64,000 bases of DNA from NCBI GenBank assembly GCA_038087875.1, contig JAXLNO010000270.1, positions 186,001-250,000 on the forward strand. The letters run 5' to 3'. Positions within the stretch are counted from its first letter, which is position 1. Each line of letters opens with the position of its first letter. This document shows positions 1 through 13,350 of this stretch, one piece after another. The notes under the pieces were generated by a model, which did no database searches, was not told the origin of the DNA, and saw only the letters and a program-made list of their open reading frames with translations. Origin of the DNA: Malacoraja senta. Taxonomy: Eukaryota. The translations under genes were made by a program, and so were the position numbers.

Positions 1-1160
1 GGTCAGATAGGCGATTCTGTGGACGCAGTCAGGAGACCCGGACGGTTGTTTGCCTCCCTGGTGCCAGGGTCTGGGATGTGTCTGAACGTGTCCAAGATAT
101 CCTGAAATGGGAGGGAGTGGAGCCCGAGGTCGTGGTACATATAGGTACCAATGACATAGGTAGAAAAAGAGAAGAGGTCCTGAAAGGAGAAATTAGGGAG
201 TTCGGAGGAGAGTTAAGTAGAAGCACCGCAAAGGTAACAATCTCAGGATTACTGCCTGTGCCACGCGACAGTGAGAGTAGGAATGGAGCGAGGTGGAGGA
301 TAAATTCGTGGCTGAAGGACTGGTGCAGAGGGCAGGGATTCAAGATTCTGGATCATTGCGACCTCTTTTGGAGAAGGTGTGACCTGTACAAAAAGGACGG
401 GTTGCACTTGAACCCGAGGGGGACCAATATCCTGGCGGGGAGATTTGCAAAGGCTACTGGGGAGACTTTAATAGAACGGTTGGGGGGAGGGACTCAAATA
501 GAGAAAGCTAGTAGACAGTGTGTGAGGCAGGAGGAAGAGAAGGGAAGCAGTCAGACCCAGCATGTAGGGGGGGGAGAAGAAAAAAATAATAAACAGAGAA
601 TAAGAGGTGGTTGGTTTCAATAGGTAGCAAGGTGAAAAGTAAAAGTGGCAGGCAAACAAATCCAGGGCAAAAATCAAAACGGGACACTTTTCAACATAAT
701 TGTATAAGGGGTAAGAGCGCTGTAAAAACAAGCCTGAAGGCTTTGTGGCTCAATGCAAGGAACATTCGGAATAAGGTGGATGAGTTGAATGTGCAGATAG
801 CTATTAATGATTATGATATAGCTGGGATCACGGAGACATGTCTCCAGGGTGACAAAGGCTGGGAGCTGAACATCCAGGGATATTCTATATTCAGGGGGGA
901 TGGACAGGAAGGAAAAGGAGGTGGGGTAGCGTTGCTGGTTAGAGAGGAGATTAAGGAAATAGAAAGGAGGGACATTAGCTTGGAGGATGTGGAATCGATA
1001 TGGGTAGAGCTGCGAAACACTAAGGGGCAGAAAACGCTATTGAGTATTGTGTACAGGCCACCTAACTGTAGTAGTGGAGTTGGGGATGGCATCAAACAGG
1101 AAATTAGAAATGCGTGCAACAAAGGTAAAACTGTTATAATGGGTGACTTCAATCTATATA
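1..1160 (+). mobile_element. CR1-clade LINE (HER1-like) fragment: ORF1 SGNH-esterase C-terminal part and start of ORF2 AP-endonuclease, truncated at ~1160
   Basis: ORF 78-623 has SGNH/GDSL esterase blocks VVVHIGTND and DGLHLN. ORF 611-1189 has APE motifs LNARNIRNK, GITET, VYRPPN, IMGDFN. Near-identical to the inverted copy at ~10150-10590. Confidence 0.9.
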
Positions 1161-2069
1161 TAGGGGGTTTGGGAGTATTCGCGGAGTGATACCTTGTTGA
1201 ATGGTACTGGTGGAATGACGCGCAGTGGGGCAGTAGGAAGGGAGTAACACACAGTGAGATCGTACGTATAGCGTGATCCGAAGTAGGCTAGTATTAGTGG
1301 AGGGGCGGAGGGATAATACAGATGGAGTGACATATTGTGTGGTATTACCGATGGAGAAACGTACTGTGGGGTGGTACTGATGGAATGACACACTGAATGA
1401 AATGGATGAAAGGGTCTTCCTTTGTTCCTTCCCCCGGCAGCTGCGTCCTCACTTCCACGTGTCCGTCCTCGTCCGTCGGTCCGCGTCATCATCGACCGCC
1501 GCAACGACCTTTCCAAATACGTCACCGCATCCACTCCGGACGCCTCAGTGGAGGAGACCCAGGCCCCGGCCGTGGGCTCCGCAGACGGGTTTCGTCGACT
1601 TGCGAGGCTCCACCTCTGACCCGCGGACTCCCACCCGCGAGGCCTGGGCTCCGTCCCGCGAGGCTGCGTACCGCGAGGCCTGGGCTCCCCCCAGAGGGAG
1701 TGGTTCGATTTCCTATAGCGCGCGTATGTTGGAGCCTCCAAATTTAGGCGAAATTGCAAGTCGCCATTCGTATGACTGGGCGGAGAATTTGGTACGACAT
1801 GTAAAATTTTATGTTCCATCGTTTTTTGTTTCTTTCTTTGTAGTTTGTGTCTATTCAGGGACGGTAGAGAGACCAATATTCTGCGGTATATTTCTGTCTC
1901 TTTTGCTCATGTGCACTATGCACAGTATGACCGTGTGCTATGTTTCGTTCACTGATGGTTTCCCTCCGTAATCTGTCCCCCCGAGCACAACGCGAGACAT
2001 GGCATATCGGCTTGTCTAATTTCAGTGTGATTTGGTTTAGGTTAGCGATACGGCTTGGAAATAGGGTCT

Positions 2070-2207
2070 TCGGTCACTCGGAGGAAACTCACGCGGTCAC
2101 AGTGCGAATGTACATACTTACAAAGGCAGCAGACGATTGCAGCATGGAACTCGGCTCGCTGGTGTTTTGGAGCGGTAACTTAACCAGCAGCGCCACAGTG
2201 CCGCCCT
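2070..2207 (-). mobile_element. tRNA-derived SINE head (HE1/V-SINE-like), degenerate
   Basis: Reverse complement starts GGGCGGCACTGTGGCGC (A-box-like), has GAGTTCCAT (B-box-like), then a GTGACCGCGTGAGTTTCCTCC core resembling elasmobranch V-SINEs as I recall them. Confidence 0.6.
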
Positions 2208-2209
2208 TG

Positions 2210-2690
2210 GAGTGATACAGCGTGGAAACAGGCCCTTCGGCCAAAATTACCCAAACCGACCCACGTGTCTCAGTTGCACTAGTTCCACCTGCTGGCGTCT
2301 GGTCCATGACCCTCCAAACCCGTCCTATCTATAACTTTCTAGCTATTTCTTAAACTTTGTGATAGTCTCAGCCTCAGCTACCTCCTCTGGCAGCTTGTTC
2401 CATACACCCACCACCCAATGTGTGACAACGTTACTCTTAGATTCCTATTAAATCGTTTCTCCTTCACCTTGCATCACCTACTCGATTAACCTACCTAGCA
2501 TCACCTTCCTCGATTAACCGACTCTGGGCATGAGACTTTGTGTACCTAGTCAACGTTTTCCTCTCGTGATTTTATACAGCTCCTGAAGATCACCCCTCAA
2601 CCTCATGTCCTGCACGGAATAGAGTCCCAACATGCTCAACCTCTCTCTGCAGCTCAGACCCTCGAGTCCTGGTAATATCCCCGTAAAGGC
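2210..2690 (-). mobile_element. CR1 LINE 3' fragment, degenerate
   Basis: Resembles other CR1 3' ends in the window, e.g. acctcctctggcagcttgttccatacacccaccac versus 33045-33075. Confidence 0.7.
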
Positions 2691-3012
2691 ATGCTACCCA
2701 TTGGAGCAAGAGTCTGTCAGTGCCTGAACTGCATTGTTTCGACCATTTATTGGCCTGTGCAATTCTCGTCCAGGACACTGATGTCGGCATCCAACAGTTG
2801 ATGAGTGTATGAATCCTGAGATCCTTTCAGTCACACACTGCGTGGTTCATCTGTCTAGTCCTTCGTCCGAACATTCCTGCTGAGTAGATGGATCCCGATA
2901 GTCAGTCACGCGTTGAGCAACAAATGTCTGCCATTAAGCGGATTCAGAGGGAGTTTGCTGATGCGAGCCTGTGAGCCCTCTAGCGTAACGGAAGTAGATT
3001 AACATTGAAATC

Positions 3013-3240
3013 TGTAAGAAGGAACAGCAAATGCTGGTTTAAACCGGTTAGACACAAAAAGCTGGAGTATCTGAGGGGCACATGCAGCACCTCTGGAGAG
3101 AAGGAATGGTGATGTTTCGGGTCGATACCCTTCTTCAGAGTCTGGAGATGGGTCTCGACCCGAAATGTTACCCATTCCTTATCTCGAGGAATGTTGCCCG
3201 TCCCGCTGAGTTACTCCTGCTTTTTGTGTCTTTCTTCAGA
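3013..3240. mobile_element. Inverted-repeat mini-element built from two opposed Penelope pLTR ends
   Basis: Left arm gacacaaaaagctggagta...tttcgggtcgatacccttcttcaga is an imperfect reverse complement of right arm tctggagatgggtctcgacccgaaa...ttactcctgctttttgtgtc. Related to the pLTR at 13660-13760. Confidence 0.65.
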
Positions 3241-3989
3241 GACGTTGGAATTATAGTTATGTTTTTTCTATGTTTTACGTGTTTGTAGTTTGTATCTATT
3301 CAGTTTGCAATGAGTCCAGGATCAGAAATAGTAATGATTGCAACCTTTGAATTCCACGTCTGAAGTCTGTAAATATGCAACTTATGCTTACATAAAACAC
3401 CATCTGGGCGAAATTCGGTCATGTGCTGATAGAGAAGAAGAAGCATTGCCAGAAATAATTGCCCACAAAAGATCATTACTAATATAACAGTCTAGCTAGA
3501 TCCCTGCATTCAATGGCATTATCAAATCCGACTTCGAGAACACACCATCAATAAAACACAAAGTACTCGGGTAACGGCGCCCAGGCTAAATCCTCCCCAT
3601 TGGAGGAAGTGGACAGGAGATGTTTTGCGTCGGGACATTTCGCCTGACTCCATCGTCAAGCTGTATAATGGTTCCGCCCGAAACATATTTGTCCATTTCA
3701 CCCACAGATCTTGCCTGACCCGCTGACTCAATATGAACTTTGTATTGTTCTCAACTTTCCGATATCTGCAGTTTATTGTATCCCCACGATCAATACCATG
3801 GGAGGCGCCATTGACAGGAAGCTCAACTGGACCAACAACGTAAAGGTTTATACTGGCTTGAAGAGAGGGTATAAATGGTAGTAGTGGACGATTGATATTC
3901 AGCTAGAAGGCCAGTGATCAGTGGTGCGCAACAAGGATTTATTGTGGGTTCATTGTAGTTCGTCATCTATTTTAAAGTTTACAATATCA

Positions 3990-6790
3990 CAAGTTATAGG
4001 AATAGAATTAGGCCATTCGGACCACCGAGTCTACACCGCCATTCAATCATGGCTGATCTCTGCCTGCTAATCCAATGTTCCTGCCTACTCCCCATAACCA
4101 TTCACACCCGTTCTAATCAACAATTTGTCTATCTCTGCGTTAAAAATATCCACTGACTTGGCGTCCACAGCCCTCTGTGGCAATGAGTTCCGCAGATTAA
4201 ATGCCCTCTGACTAAAGACGTTCCTTCCCACCTCCTTTCTAAAAGAGCGCCTTTTAATTCTGAGGCCATTACTTCTAGTCCTAGTCACCACGAGTCGAAA
4301 CATTCTTTCCGAATCCACTCTATCTTTCATTATTCTGTAGGTTTCAATGAGGTCTCCCTTCACCCTTGTAAACTCCAGCGTGTCCCAGTGCTGTCAAACG
4401 CTCATCATATGTTAATCCACTCATTCCTGGAATCATTCTTGTAAACATCCTCTGGGGCCTCTCCAGAACCAGCAAATCCTTCCTCAGATATGGAGCCCAG
4501 ATTTGCTCGCACTCCAAATGTATCCTAGCCAGCGCCTGAGAGAGCCTCAGCGTTGCAATTCTGTTTTTGTATTCCAGTCCACTTGTTTTCAATGCTAGCC
4601 TTGAATTTGCCTCCCTTATACCGATTCGACTTGCAAATTCTCTCTTTGGGAGCCCTGCACCAGCACTCCCAAGTTCCTATGCTCCTCCAATTTCTTGATT
4701 ATCTCTCCATTTGGAACATAATCTACGCCTTTATTCTTATTACCAAAATGCATGAATCCGCACTTTGTTATTCTGAATTTCATCTGCCATTTCTCTGCTC
4801 ACTCTCCAAACCTGTCAATGTCCTTATACATAGTTCTTGCATCCTCTACAGAGTCTGTCCCTCCACCTATCTTAGTATCATCTGCAAACTTGGCCACAAA
4901 GCCTTCAATCCCCTTATCCACATCATTAATTCACAACGTGAAGCGGCCGAGCACCGACACTTGAGGAACTCCACTAGTCACTGGCAGCCAACCTGAAAAC
5001 AACGCCTTTTATTTCAACTCCTTGCCTTCTGCCATCGAACCAGCCCTCTATGCACGCTAGTATCTTCCCTTTTATACAATGGGGTCTCATGTTCCAGAGA
5101 AGCTTGACGTGCGGCACCTTATCGAAGGCCTTCTGAATAAATAGGTAAACAACATCTCCAGCCTCCCCTCTGTCTATCCTGCTATTAAATTCATCAAGGA
5201 ACACCAGCAGATTCTTCGGGCAACATCTTCCCTTCACAAAACAATGCTTGCTTCGGCCTACATAATCGTGAAATGTCCCAAGTACTGCGTAACCTCATCC
5301 TTTATGATTGACACTAAAATCTTACCAACCACCGTAGTCAGTCTAACTGGCCTATAGTTTGCGTTCATCTGCTTTGCTTCCTCCTTGTACAGCGGGATGA
5401 TATTCGCCATTTTCCAATCTTCAGGAATCACTCCTAACTCGAGTGATTCTTGAAATATAAATAATGCCTCCACAATCTTTGAGGCCACCTTCTTCAGAAC
5501 TCTGGGATGCAGTCCATCCGGTCTAGGTGACCTACGCCCCCCCCCCCTGCCCTTTCAATTATCCTAGCACCTTCTCCTAAGTAATCGCCACTCCACTAAT
5601 TTCCACCCCTGACTCTCCAGGATTGCAGGTATTCTGCTTGTGTCTTCCACTCTGAAGACTGATGCAAAAACGTTTGTTAAATTCTCTGCCACTTCTTGAT
5701 TTCCCGTTATCACCTCGCCGGCATCATTCTCCAGCGGCCCAACGTCCACTCTTGCCTCTTGTCTACTCTTTAGATATCCGTAGAAACTATTGTTATCCTC
5801 TGTCATATTATATGGCTAGCTTACATTCGTACTTCATTTTTTTCTCTCCGTATTGTCCTTTTAGTTACCATTTGTTGCTCGTTAAAAACATCCCAATCCT
5901 CTGGCTTCCCACTAATCTGTACAATGTAATATGCCTTCTATTTCGGTTTTGTGCTGTCCTTGACCTCACTTGCCAGCCAGGGTCGTCTTATACTCGCCCT
6001 GTAATCTTTCTTCCTCTTTGGAATGAAATGATCTTGCACCTTCCGAATTATCCGCAAAAATTCCTCCCATTGATGCTCTGCTGTCACTCCTACTAAAGCG
6101 CGTTGCCTGTCAATCTTTTCCAGCTGCTCCCCCATATCCCGGTAGTCCCCAGTATACAGTTCTAATACCGACACATCCAATTTCACCGTCTCCCTTTGAA
6201 ATTGTAGGTTAAATCTTATAATTTGGTCCCCAGTGGTTTCTTTACCTAGTTCTCCCATTAAATCTGGTTCAGTGCGCAACACTAAATCTAGAATTGTCTT
6301 ATCCCTGGTAGGCTACACTATCAGCTGCTCAAAGCTATCACGGAGGCACTCTACAAATTCGCTCTCTTAGGGTCCTGTGCCAGCCTGTTGCTCCCAGTCT
6401 ACCTGCATCTTGAAATCTCCCATGACCACCGTGGCATTACCTATCCTACAGGCTAATTTTATTTCCTAATGCAACTTGTACCCTATATCCTGACTACTGT
6501 TTGGGGCCTGTATATATCTCCCATTAGAGTCGTTTTACCATTGCAGTTTACCACCTCTATCCACAGGAATTCTATATCTTCTGATCCTATGTCACCTTTT
6601 GCTAAAGACTGAATTACCAGCATTGCTACCCCACCCTCTCTGCCCACCTGTCTGTCCTTCCGTGTAGCTTTAAATATTTAGCTCCCAGTCCGATCCACGT
6701 ACACATGTCTCTGTAAGGCCAAAAACAACACATCTTCCTATTTCAAACTGTGCGACATGCTCATCCACTTTGTTCCTAATGCTTTAGATG
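3990..6790 (-). mobile_element. CR1 LINE ORF2 remnant (endonuclease to 3' end) with many stops and frameshifts
   Basis: Minus-strand fragments NYRPVRLT, KAFDKVPH, ARIHLECEQIWAPY, GDLIETYRI, NLRNSLP. CR1 3' UTR near 4000-4130. Confidence 0.85.
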
Positions 6791-6949
6791 ATAATGCTGT
6801 TAACATAGTAAGTTTACAGATGGCGCCAAAAACCGTTGGTTGCAGATGACGGCGAACACGTCGATTGGCGCACGATTTAAAAACCGAGTCAGGTACATCG
6901 TTTGGACCGACAGTTCTCCGAGAATTTATCTTGGTGAAAGATGACGCTT

Positions 6950-7410
6950 CACGAAAATGTTGCTAGCACTCGAGGGCCTGAGCTATGGGGAGTGGCTGGG
7001 CAGGCTTGGACAATATTCTTATGAGCTCTGCGGACTGAGAGGGTGACCTATACATGTGAACATTTTATAAGGAGAATCAATGGATTGAATGTACTGCCTG
7101 TTTACTAGGGTAGGAAAAGAAAGTAGCTTAGGGAACAGGTATAAAGTGAGAGGAGTAAAGGTTTAATATAAACGAGAGGAGCAATTATTTCATTCAGAGG
7201 GTTGTGGAAATGTTGAACGACCGTCCCAGAAAATTGTTCAGGTACATATAATAATACAATTTAATGGGCATTTGGACAGGTACACGGGGAGGAAAGGTTT
7301 ATGGCGATATGGGCTAAAACACAGGGAACTATTTTGGATGGTGCATTTTTGTCCACACGGACATGTACGACGGCACGGTCTGTATCCGCAATGTATGTAC
7401 TCATGTGTCT
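6950..7410 (+). mobile_element. Old CR1 3' fragment
   Basis: Degenerate similarity to CR1 ORF2 end and 3' UTR (gagggcctgagctat...ttcattcagagggttgtgg...ttggacaggtac). Confidence 0.55.
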
Positions 7411-8130
7411 ATGAACTCTTCCATCGACATCTATTGGGCATAACCATCAGGTGATGGGAGACAGTGATTCCCTGTTCAAAACGGGTTATCCAACAGCCAA
7501 CAGCCAACAGAGAAGCCTCGTTCGGCAAGTAAACCGTGATGGTATTCAGAGCATGTCTTGCGGAGAACATACTTGTCCTTCGTGTTCCTTTCTGGGTCAT
7601 CCTGCTTCAATGCCTCAGATCCGGACGTTATCCGGATTTTAATCTCCCTTTTCACTCAAGGCTTCTGCTAAGGACGCCCCAAAAATGTTTCTTTTGTAAA
7701 ACTGCCGTCATGTGTATGTCTTGATTAAACCGATGTTGACTGATGTGTACACAGTCAGGGTGCGTGAAGTGACCTGAAACATATACCGTTCCGTCTACTC
7801 AAGACAGACCTGAAGAAGACCCTTAGTCTCACCATCCCATTATTCTTTCCGTTGGTGCCGGGTTCTTAAATCGCTGTTTGTAGGCAAGCAAAAGCAGCAC
7901 AGATAGATGACCAGATGACAAATGAAAGCGATGAATGGAACGGCATGCATAATTGAAGAAGATGTAGCCCAGAGTGCTGACGTCCAGTGTGGGGTGGGAA
8001 ACATGCTGATTTTCATTAACACGCATTCTTAAATTATGGTTGAATGGAGTGGCCGCAGACGATGAGCAGATGTTGTTTAAGGACATTTTTCAGCGAGTAT
8101 AATTGGTCAATTGCCACACTAGGGTTGGCT

Positions 8131-10605
8131 CATAGAAACATATAACATAGAAAATAGGTGCAGGAGTAGGCCATTCGGCCCTTCAAGCCTGCACCGCCAT
8201 TCAATATGATCATGGCTGATCATCCAATTCAGTATCCTATACCTGCTTTCTCTCCATACCCCCTGATCCCTTTAGCCACAAGGGCCACATCTAACTCCCT
8301 CTTAAATATAGCCAATCAACTGGCCTCAACTACATTCTGTGGCAGAGAATTCCAGAGATTCACTACTCTCTGTGGAAAAAATGTTTTTCTCATCTCAATC
8401 CTAAAATATTTCCCCTTTATCCTTAAACTGTGACCCCTTGTTCTGGACTCCCCCAACATCATGAACAATCTTCCTACATCTAGCCTGTCCAACCCCGGAA
8501 GAATTTTGTAAGTTTCTATATGATCCCCCCTCAGTCTTCTAAATTCCAGCAAGTACAAGCCGAGTCTATCCAGTCTTTCCTCATATGAAAGTCCTGACAT
8601 CCCAGGAATCACTGGTGAACCTTCTCTGTACTCCCTCTATGGCAAGAATGTCCTTCCTCAGATTAGGAGACCAAAACTGTACGCAATACTCCAGGTGTGG
8701 TCTCACCTAGTCACTGCCTGCCATTCTGAAAAGGACCCGTTTACTCCTACACGTTGCTTCCTGCCTGCCAGACAATTCTCTATCCACATCAATACTGAAC
8801 CTCAATGCCATGTGCTTTAAGTGTTTATACTAATCTCTTATGTGTGACCTTGTCGAAAGCCTTCTGAAAGTCCAGATATAACACATCCACTGGTTCTCCC
8901 TTATCCACTCTACTAGTTACATCCTCGAAAATTTATATTAGATTCGTCAGACATGATTAACTTTCATAAATCCATGCTGACTTTGTCCAATGATTTCACC
9001 ATTTCCCAAATGTGTTGCTATCCCATCTTTAATAACTGACTCTAGCAGTTTCACCACTACCGATGTTAGACTAACTGGTCTGTAATTCCCCGTTTTCTCT
9101 CTCCCTCCCTTTTTAACAATTGGGGTTACATTACCTACCCTCCAATCATCAGGAACTACTCCAGAGTCTAAAGAGTTTAGAAAAATTATCACTAATGCAT
9201 GCACTATTTCTGGGGCTACTTCCTTAAGTACTCTGGGATGCAGCCTATCTGGCCCTTGGGATTTGTCGGCCTTTAATCCATTCAATTTACCTAACACCAC
9301 TTCCCGGCTAACCTGGATTTCACTCAGGTCCTCCATCTCATTTGACCCCCGGTCCCCTGCTTTTTCAGGCAGATTAATTAAGTCTTCCTTAGTGAAGACA
9401 GAACCAAAGTAGTTGTTCAATTGGTCTGCCATGTCCTTGTTCCCCATGATCAATACACCTGTTTCTAACTGCAAGGGACCTACATTTGTTTTAACTAATC
9501 TTTTTCTCTTGACATATCTATAAAAACGTTTGCAGTCAGTTTTTATGTTCCCTGCCAGTTTTCTTTCATAATCTATTTTCCCTTTCCTAATTAAACCCTT
9601 TGTCCTCCTCTGCTGGACTCTGAATTTCTCCCAGTCCTCTGGTAGGCTGCTTTTTCTGGCTAATTTGTATGCTTCATCTTTTGTTTTGATACTATCCCTG
9701 ATTATCCTTGTTATCCACGCATGCACTACCTTCCCTGATTTATTCTTGTACCAATCTGGGATGAACAATTGTTGTAGTTCATCCATGCAGCCTTTAAATG
9801 CCTTTCATTGCATATCCACCGTCAACTCTTTAAGAATCAATTGCCAGTCTATCTTGGCCAATTCACGTCTCATACCCTCAAATGTACCTTTCTTTAAGTT
9901 CAGAACCCTTGTTTCTGAATTAATTATGTCATTCTCCATCCTAATAAAGAACTCAACCATATTATGGTCAATCTTGCCCAAGGGGCCACGCACAACAAGC
10001 CTGCTAACTAACCCTTCCTCATTACTCAATACCCAGTCTAGAATAGCCTGCTCTCTCGTTGGTTCCTCTGCATGTTGATTTAGAAAACTAACCCGCATAC
10101 ATTCCAAGAAATCCTCTTCCTCAGTACCCCGGCCAATTTGATTCACCCAATCTATATGTAGATTGAAGTCACCCATTATAACAGTCTTTCCTTTGTTGCA
10201 CGCATTTCTAAGTTCCTGTTTGATGCCATCCCCAACTCCACTACTACTGTTATGTGGCGTGTACACAACTCCCACTCGCTTTTTCTGCCCCTTAGTGTTT
10301 CGCAGCTCTACTCACATCGATTCCACATACTCCAAGCTAACGCCCTTCCTTTCTATTGCGTTAAACTCCTCTCTAACCAGCAACGCCACCCCACCCCCTC
10401 TTACTTTCTGTCTATCCCTCCTGAATATTGTATATCCCTGGATGTTCAGCTCCCAGCCTTGGAGCCATGTCTCCGTGATCCCAACTATATCATAGTCATA
10501 AATAGCTATCTGCACATTCAACTCATCCACCTTATTACGAATGCTCCTTGCATTGAGACACAAAGCCTTCAGGCTTGTTTTTACAACACTCTTGCCCCTT
10601 ATACA
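8131..10605 (-). mobile_element. Relatively young CR1 LINE ORF2 (EN plus part of RT, internal deletion near 8705) with 3' tail
   Basis: ORFs 10312-10563, 9805-10275, 8947-9786 and 8316-8612 give APE, NYRPVSLTSV, QHGF and C-terminal RGHSL..WNSLP motifs. Tandem CATAGAAA-type tail at 8131-8152. Confidence 0.9.
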
Positions 10606-10619
10606 ATTAAGGCTCAGGG

Positions 10620-11130
10620 TGATGTGTGGACGGCGCAGGTCTGGTCGTCCAGCTTTTGGAAGGATATCATTAAGCTGGAAAAAGTCGAGGCAAAACTAGT
10701 AGCGGGGCGAGAGGGTTAGAGTTTTAAAGAGAGACTGCTCAGGCTGCAAAGTTTTGCCTGTAGTAGAAAGTTGAGTGGTCACAATCCTGCAGTGCATGAG
10801 GGAAGACGGATGACCGCTGTGTTTCTATCCGAGGCAGTGGAGGCTAACACTGGAGATTACATATACAAGTGAGACGGGGTAAACACAGAAGAGACTGAGG
10901 GACAATGCGTTTTACACAGGGGTTGTGCGTAGGTGGCACTGGTTGCCGGAGGAAGCTGAAGAGATGGGCTCTATTTCAATGTATAAGATACATTTGAACG
11001 AGTATATGGTTAAATGTGGTTAGAGGTCGATGGAGCAAATCTGGGCAGATTGAGCGAGATTCGTCCGCATACCGTATTACACGATGTGCTACGTAGTTCC
11101 GGAAGGGATTATGTCGTTCTGTTTGACACT
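10620..11130 (+). mobile_element. Highly degenerate CR1 3' fragment
   Basis: ggaaggatatcattaagctggaaaaagt and tttacacaggggttgtg match CR1 ORF2 C-terminal sequence. Confidence 0.5.
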
Positions 11131-12229
11131 ATAACTAAAAGTTGAGTGCTAATTGTGTGATTGGAAGACAGCCAGGGATTACTAAGGAGTTGGCGTATTT
11201 TTGCTTTTCCAGTGCTATCTACAACTTGTGCATAATTTAGAGCCCAACCGCACTTGCTTGAAAATTACTTTTTATAATAAAGAATTAATTTGGCAGCCAG
11301 CTTTCGGAGTTCTATTTTTAGCTCCTCAAACAATGAAGCGCTGACTCCCAGTTTAGTTCCATACCAGGTGAACAATTCCAGGGCGTTGCGCAATTTCCAG
11401 CTTTTCGATGATGGGGACATCCCGTGGACAGAACGAGAACAGCTTCTCGAGCGGCTAAGAACCAATCAATTTCTCATTTTGGGATAATTTCCGGCAGTGA
11501 ATAGTTTTCGCATTTGCTTTTCATCATTCGATGCGTATGATCATCACTGCTGCGGCTCTGGAAACTGGAGAAACGACATGCTGTTGCTTCTTCAGTTAAT
11601 TATGTTGACATACCAGCTGCATTCCAAGCAGTCGGCCACGGTTTGATTAACGGTCACCACAGTTTACCCATCCATGGGCATCCGCCTCCCTGGAGCTACG
11701 GAGATTTCGTTGAGAACTCACCCAACACACATTGATAAATCTCAATTTTACCAGTGTGTTAATATAGGTTCCATTGTCAATTATTACTCGCTGCGAGCTG
11801 GTCACTGGATCTGGGATGGGAATCCCTACCATCAGCTTTTCCCGGTAAACTAATGAAAGGGTCGGTGCATCTTCCTGCTCCTTTTATTGCAGCTTTCCAC
11901 AAATAAATTGGACAGTTCCCAACATCCAGACGCTATGTTCACACCCAGTGTCGTTAGTCACTGTAGCACCCTCCCTCGGTCAATTTCATTTTGTGGAATA
12001 TTACTCTTAATTCCCCGTCTGTGTCCGTCAGGACCTTCAACCTGTCCCGTACAGACAGACGGAACATCCTCGCTCTGACGCTCAATTATTCTCTATGCTA
12101 CGTAGCACATCGCATGTTCTCCCTGACTGTCCCCATGATTCCTTTACCTTTATAATAATTGTGCTCTAGCTTACTGGTAATCGGGCGAAATATCGATTAA
12201 ACCTGTTGTTTTCACAGACATTGCTTGAT

Positions 12230-12780
12230 CTGCTGAGTTCCTCTAGCGTTCTATCGTTTCCTTTATACTTCCTTGCACTTTTTCAAGCTTGATAACATCT
12301 TTCTTACAACAGAGTGACCACAATTGAACATAAAACTCCATGCGCAGCCTCACCAACAACTTATAAACTGTAACAATATATACTAACACTTTTACTTAAG
12401 GAATTGACTAATTAAAGTACAGCATGCCGAACCTTCCCATACCAGAGGAATAGATCGGGTTGATTTACAGAATTCCTTGCCCAGAGTACGGGAATTGAGG
12501 ACCAGAGAACATAGGTTTGACGTGCAATGGAAAATATCTTATAGGAATCTGAGCTGTAATTTTTCTACAGGGAGAACCTACCAATGAGACAGCGGGGGCT
12601 GGGACTATCCGAACGCTTAAGGAACAGTTGGACAAGTACATGGATAGGACAGGTTTGGAGGGATATGGACCAATGGCGGGCAGTGGGACTAGTGTAGCTG
12701 GACATGATGACCGATGTGGGCCAAATGAGCTTAAGGGCCTGTTTCCACGCTGTGTCACTGTCTGTCTCTATGACTCGATG
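12230..12780. mobile_element. CR1 fragments (minus ~12230-12430; plus 3' end ~12440-12780)
   Basis: Plus part ttggacaagtacatggataggacaggtttggagggatatgg matches other CR1 3' ends, e.g. 61820-61860. Confidence 0.6.
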
Positions 12781-13350
12781 ACCATCTTATGCACCCGCGA
12801 CACCAAATTATGTGATCAATTACGTATACTCCTAGAAATCCTTGGTCTACAGCGCACTCCATGGTCGAACAGTTCACGGGGAAAGATCGACCTCAAAATA
12901 TAGCAGGTCACGCATTTGCGAAATAAACGCCGTAAGTCATTCCACTGCACATTGACGCAGCTATTTAAAATTCCGACGAAATTCTTAATATCCACCTTGG
13001 TTTTCCACCATTCTACTTAGTTTTATTGTTAAGTTACTCATCATACCTTGATCCTTCTCATTCAGTTAGTTGATATTGATGATAAACAGCAATATGTCCA
13101 CCAATGACCCGTGAGGCATAACATTAGCCGCAGGCCTGCAATCCTAAAACATCCCTGTAAAGTTTAGGTTGACGTCGAAAACTTTTATCACTTCTCTTTT
13201 CACAAATTTCGTCTGACATGCTGTGTGTTGCATGTAAACCAGCATTTGCAGTTCTCTGTGTCTGCATACTTTATCTGCTCCGTGCGGAGCAAAATATAAA
13301 TGTGGAACAGAGAAACATTTTTTATTAGGTACACATTATCAGCAAACACC

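Noticed and set aside
78..623. SGNH esterase as a host enzyme gene
   Set aside because: It lies directly upstream of a CR1 endonuclease, and esterase-type ORF1 is established for CR1-clade LINEs.
11200..12100. Unique-looking sequence with short ORFs (possible exon or viral remnant)
   Set aside because: No recognisable motif in the frames I read, and frequent stops.
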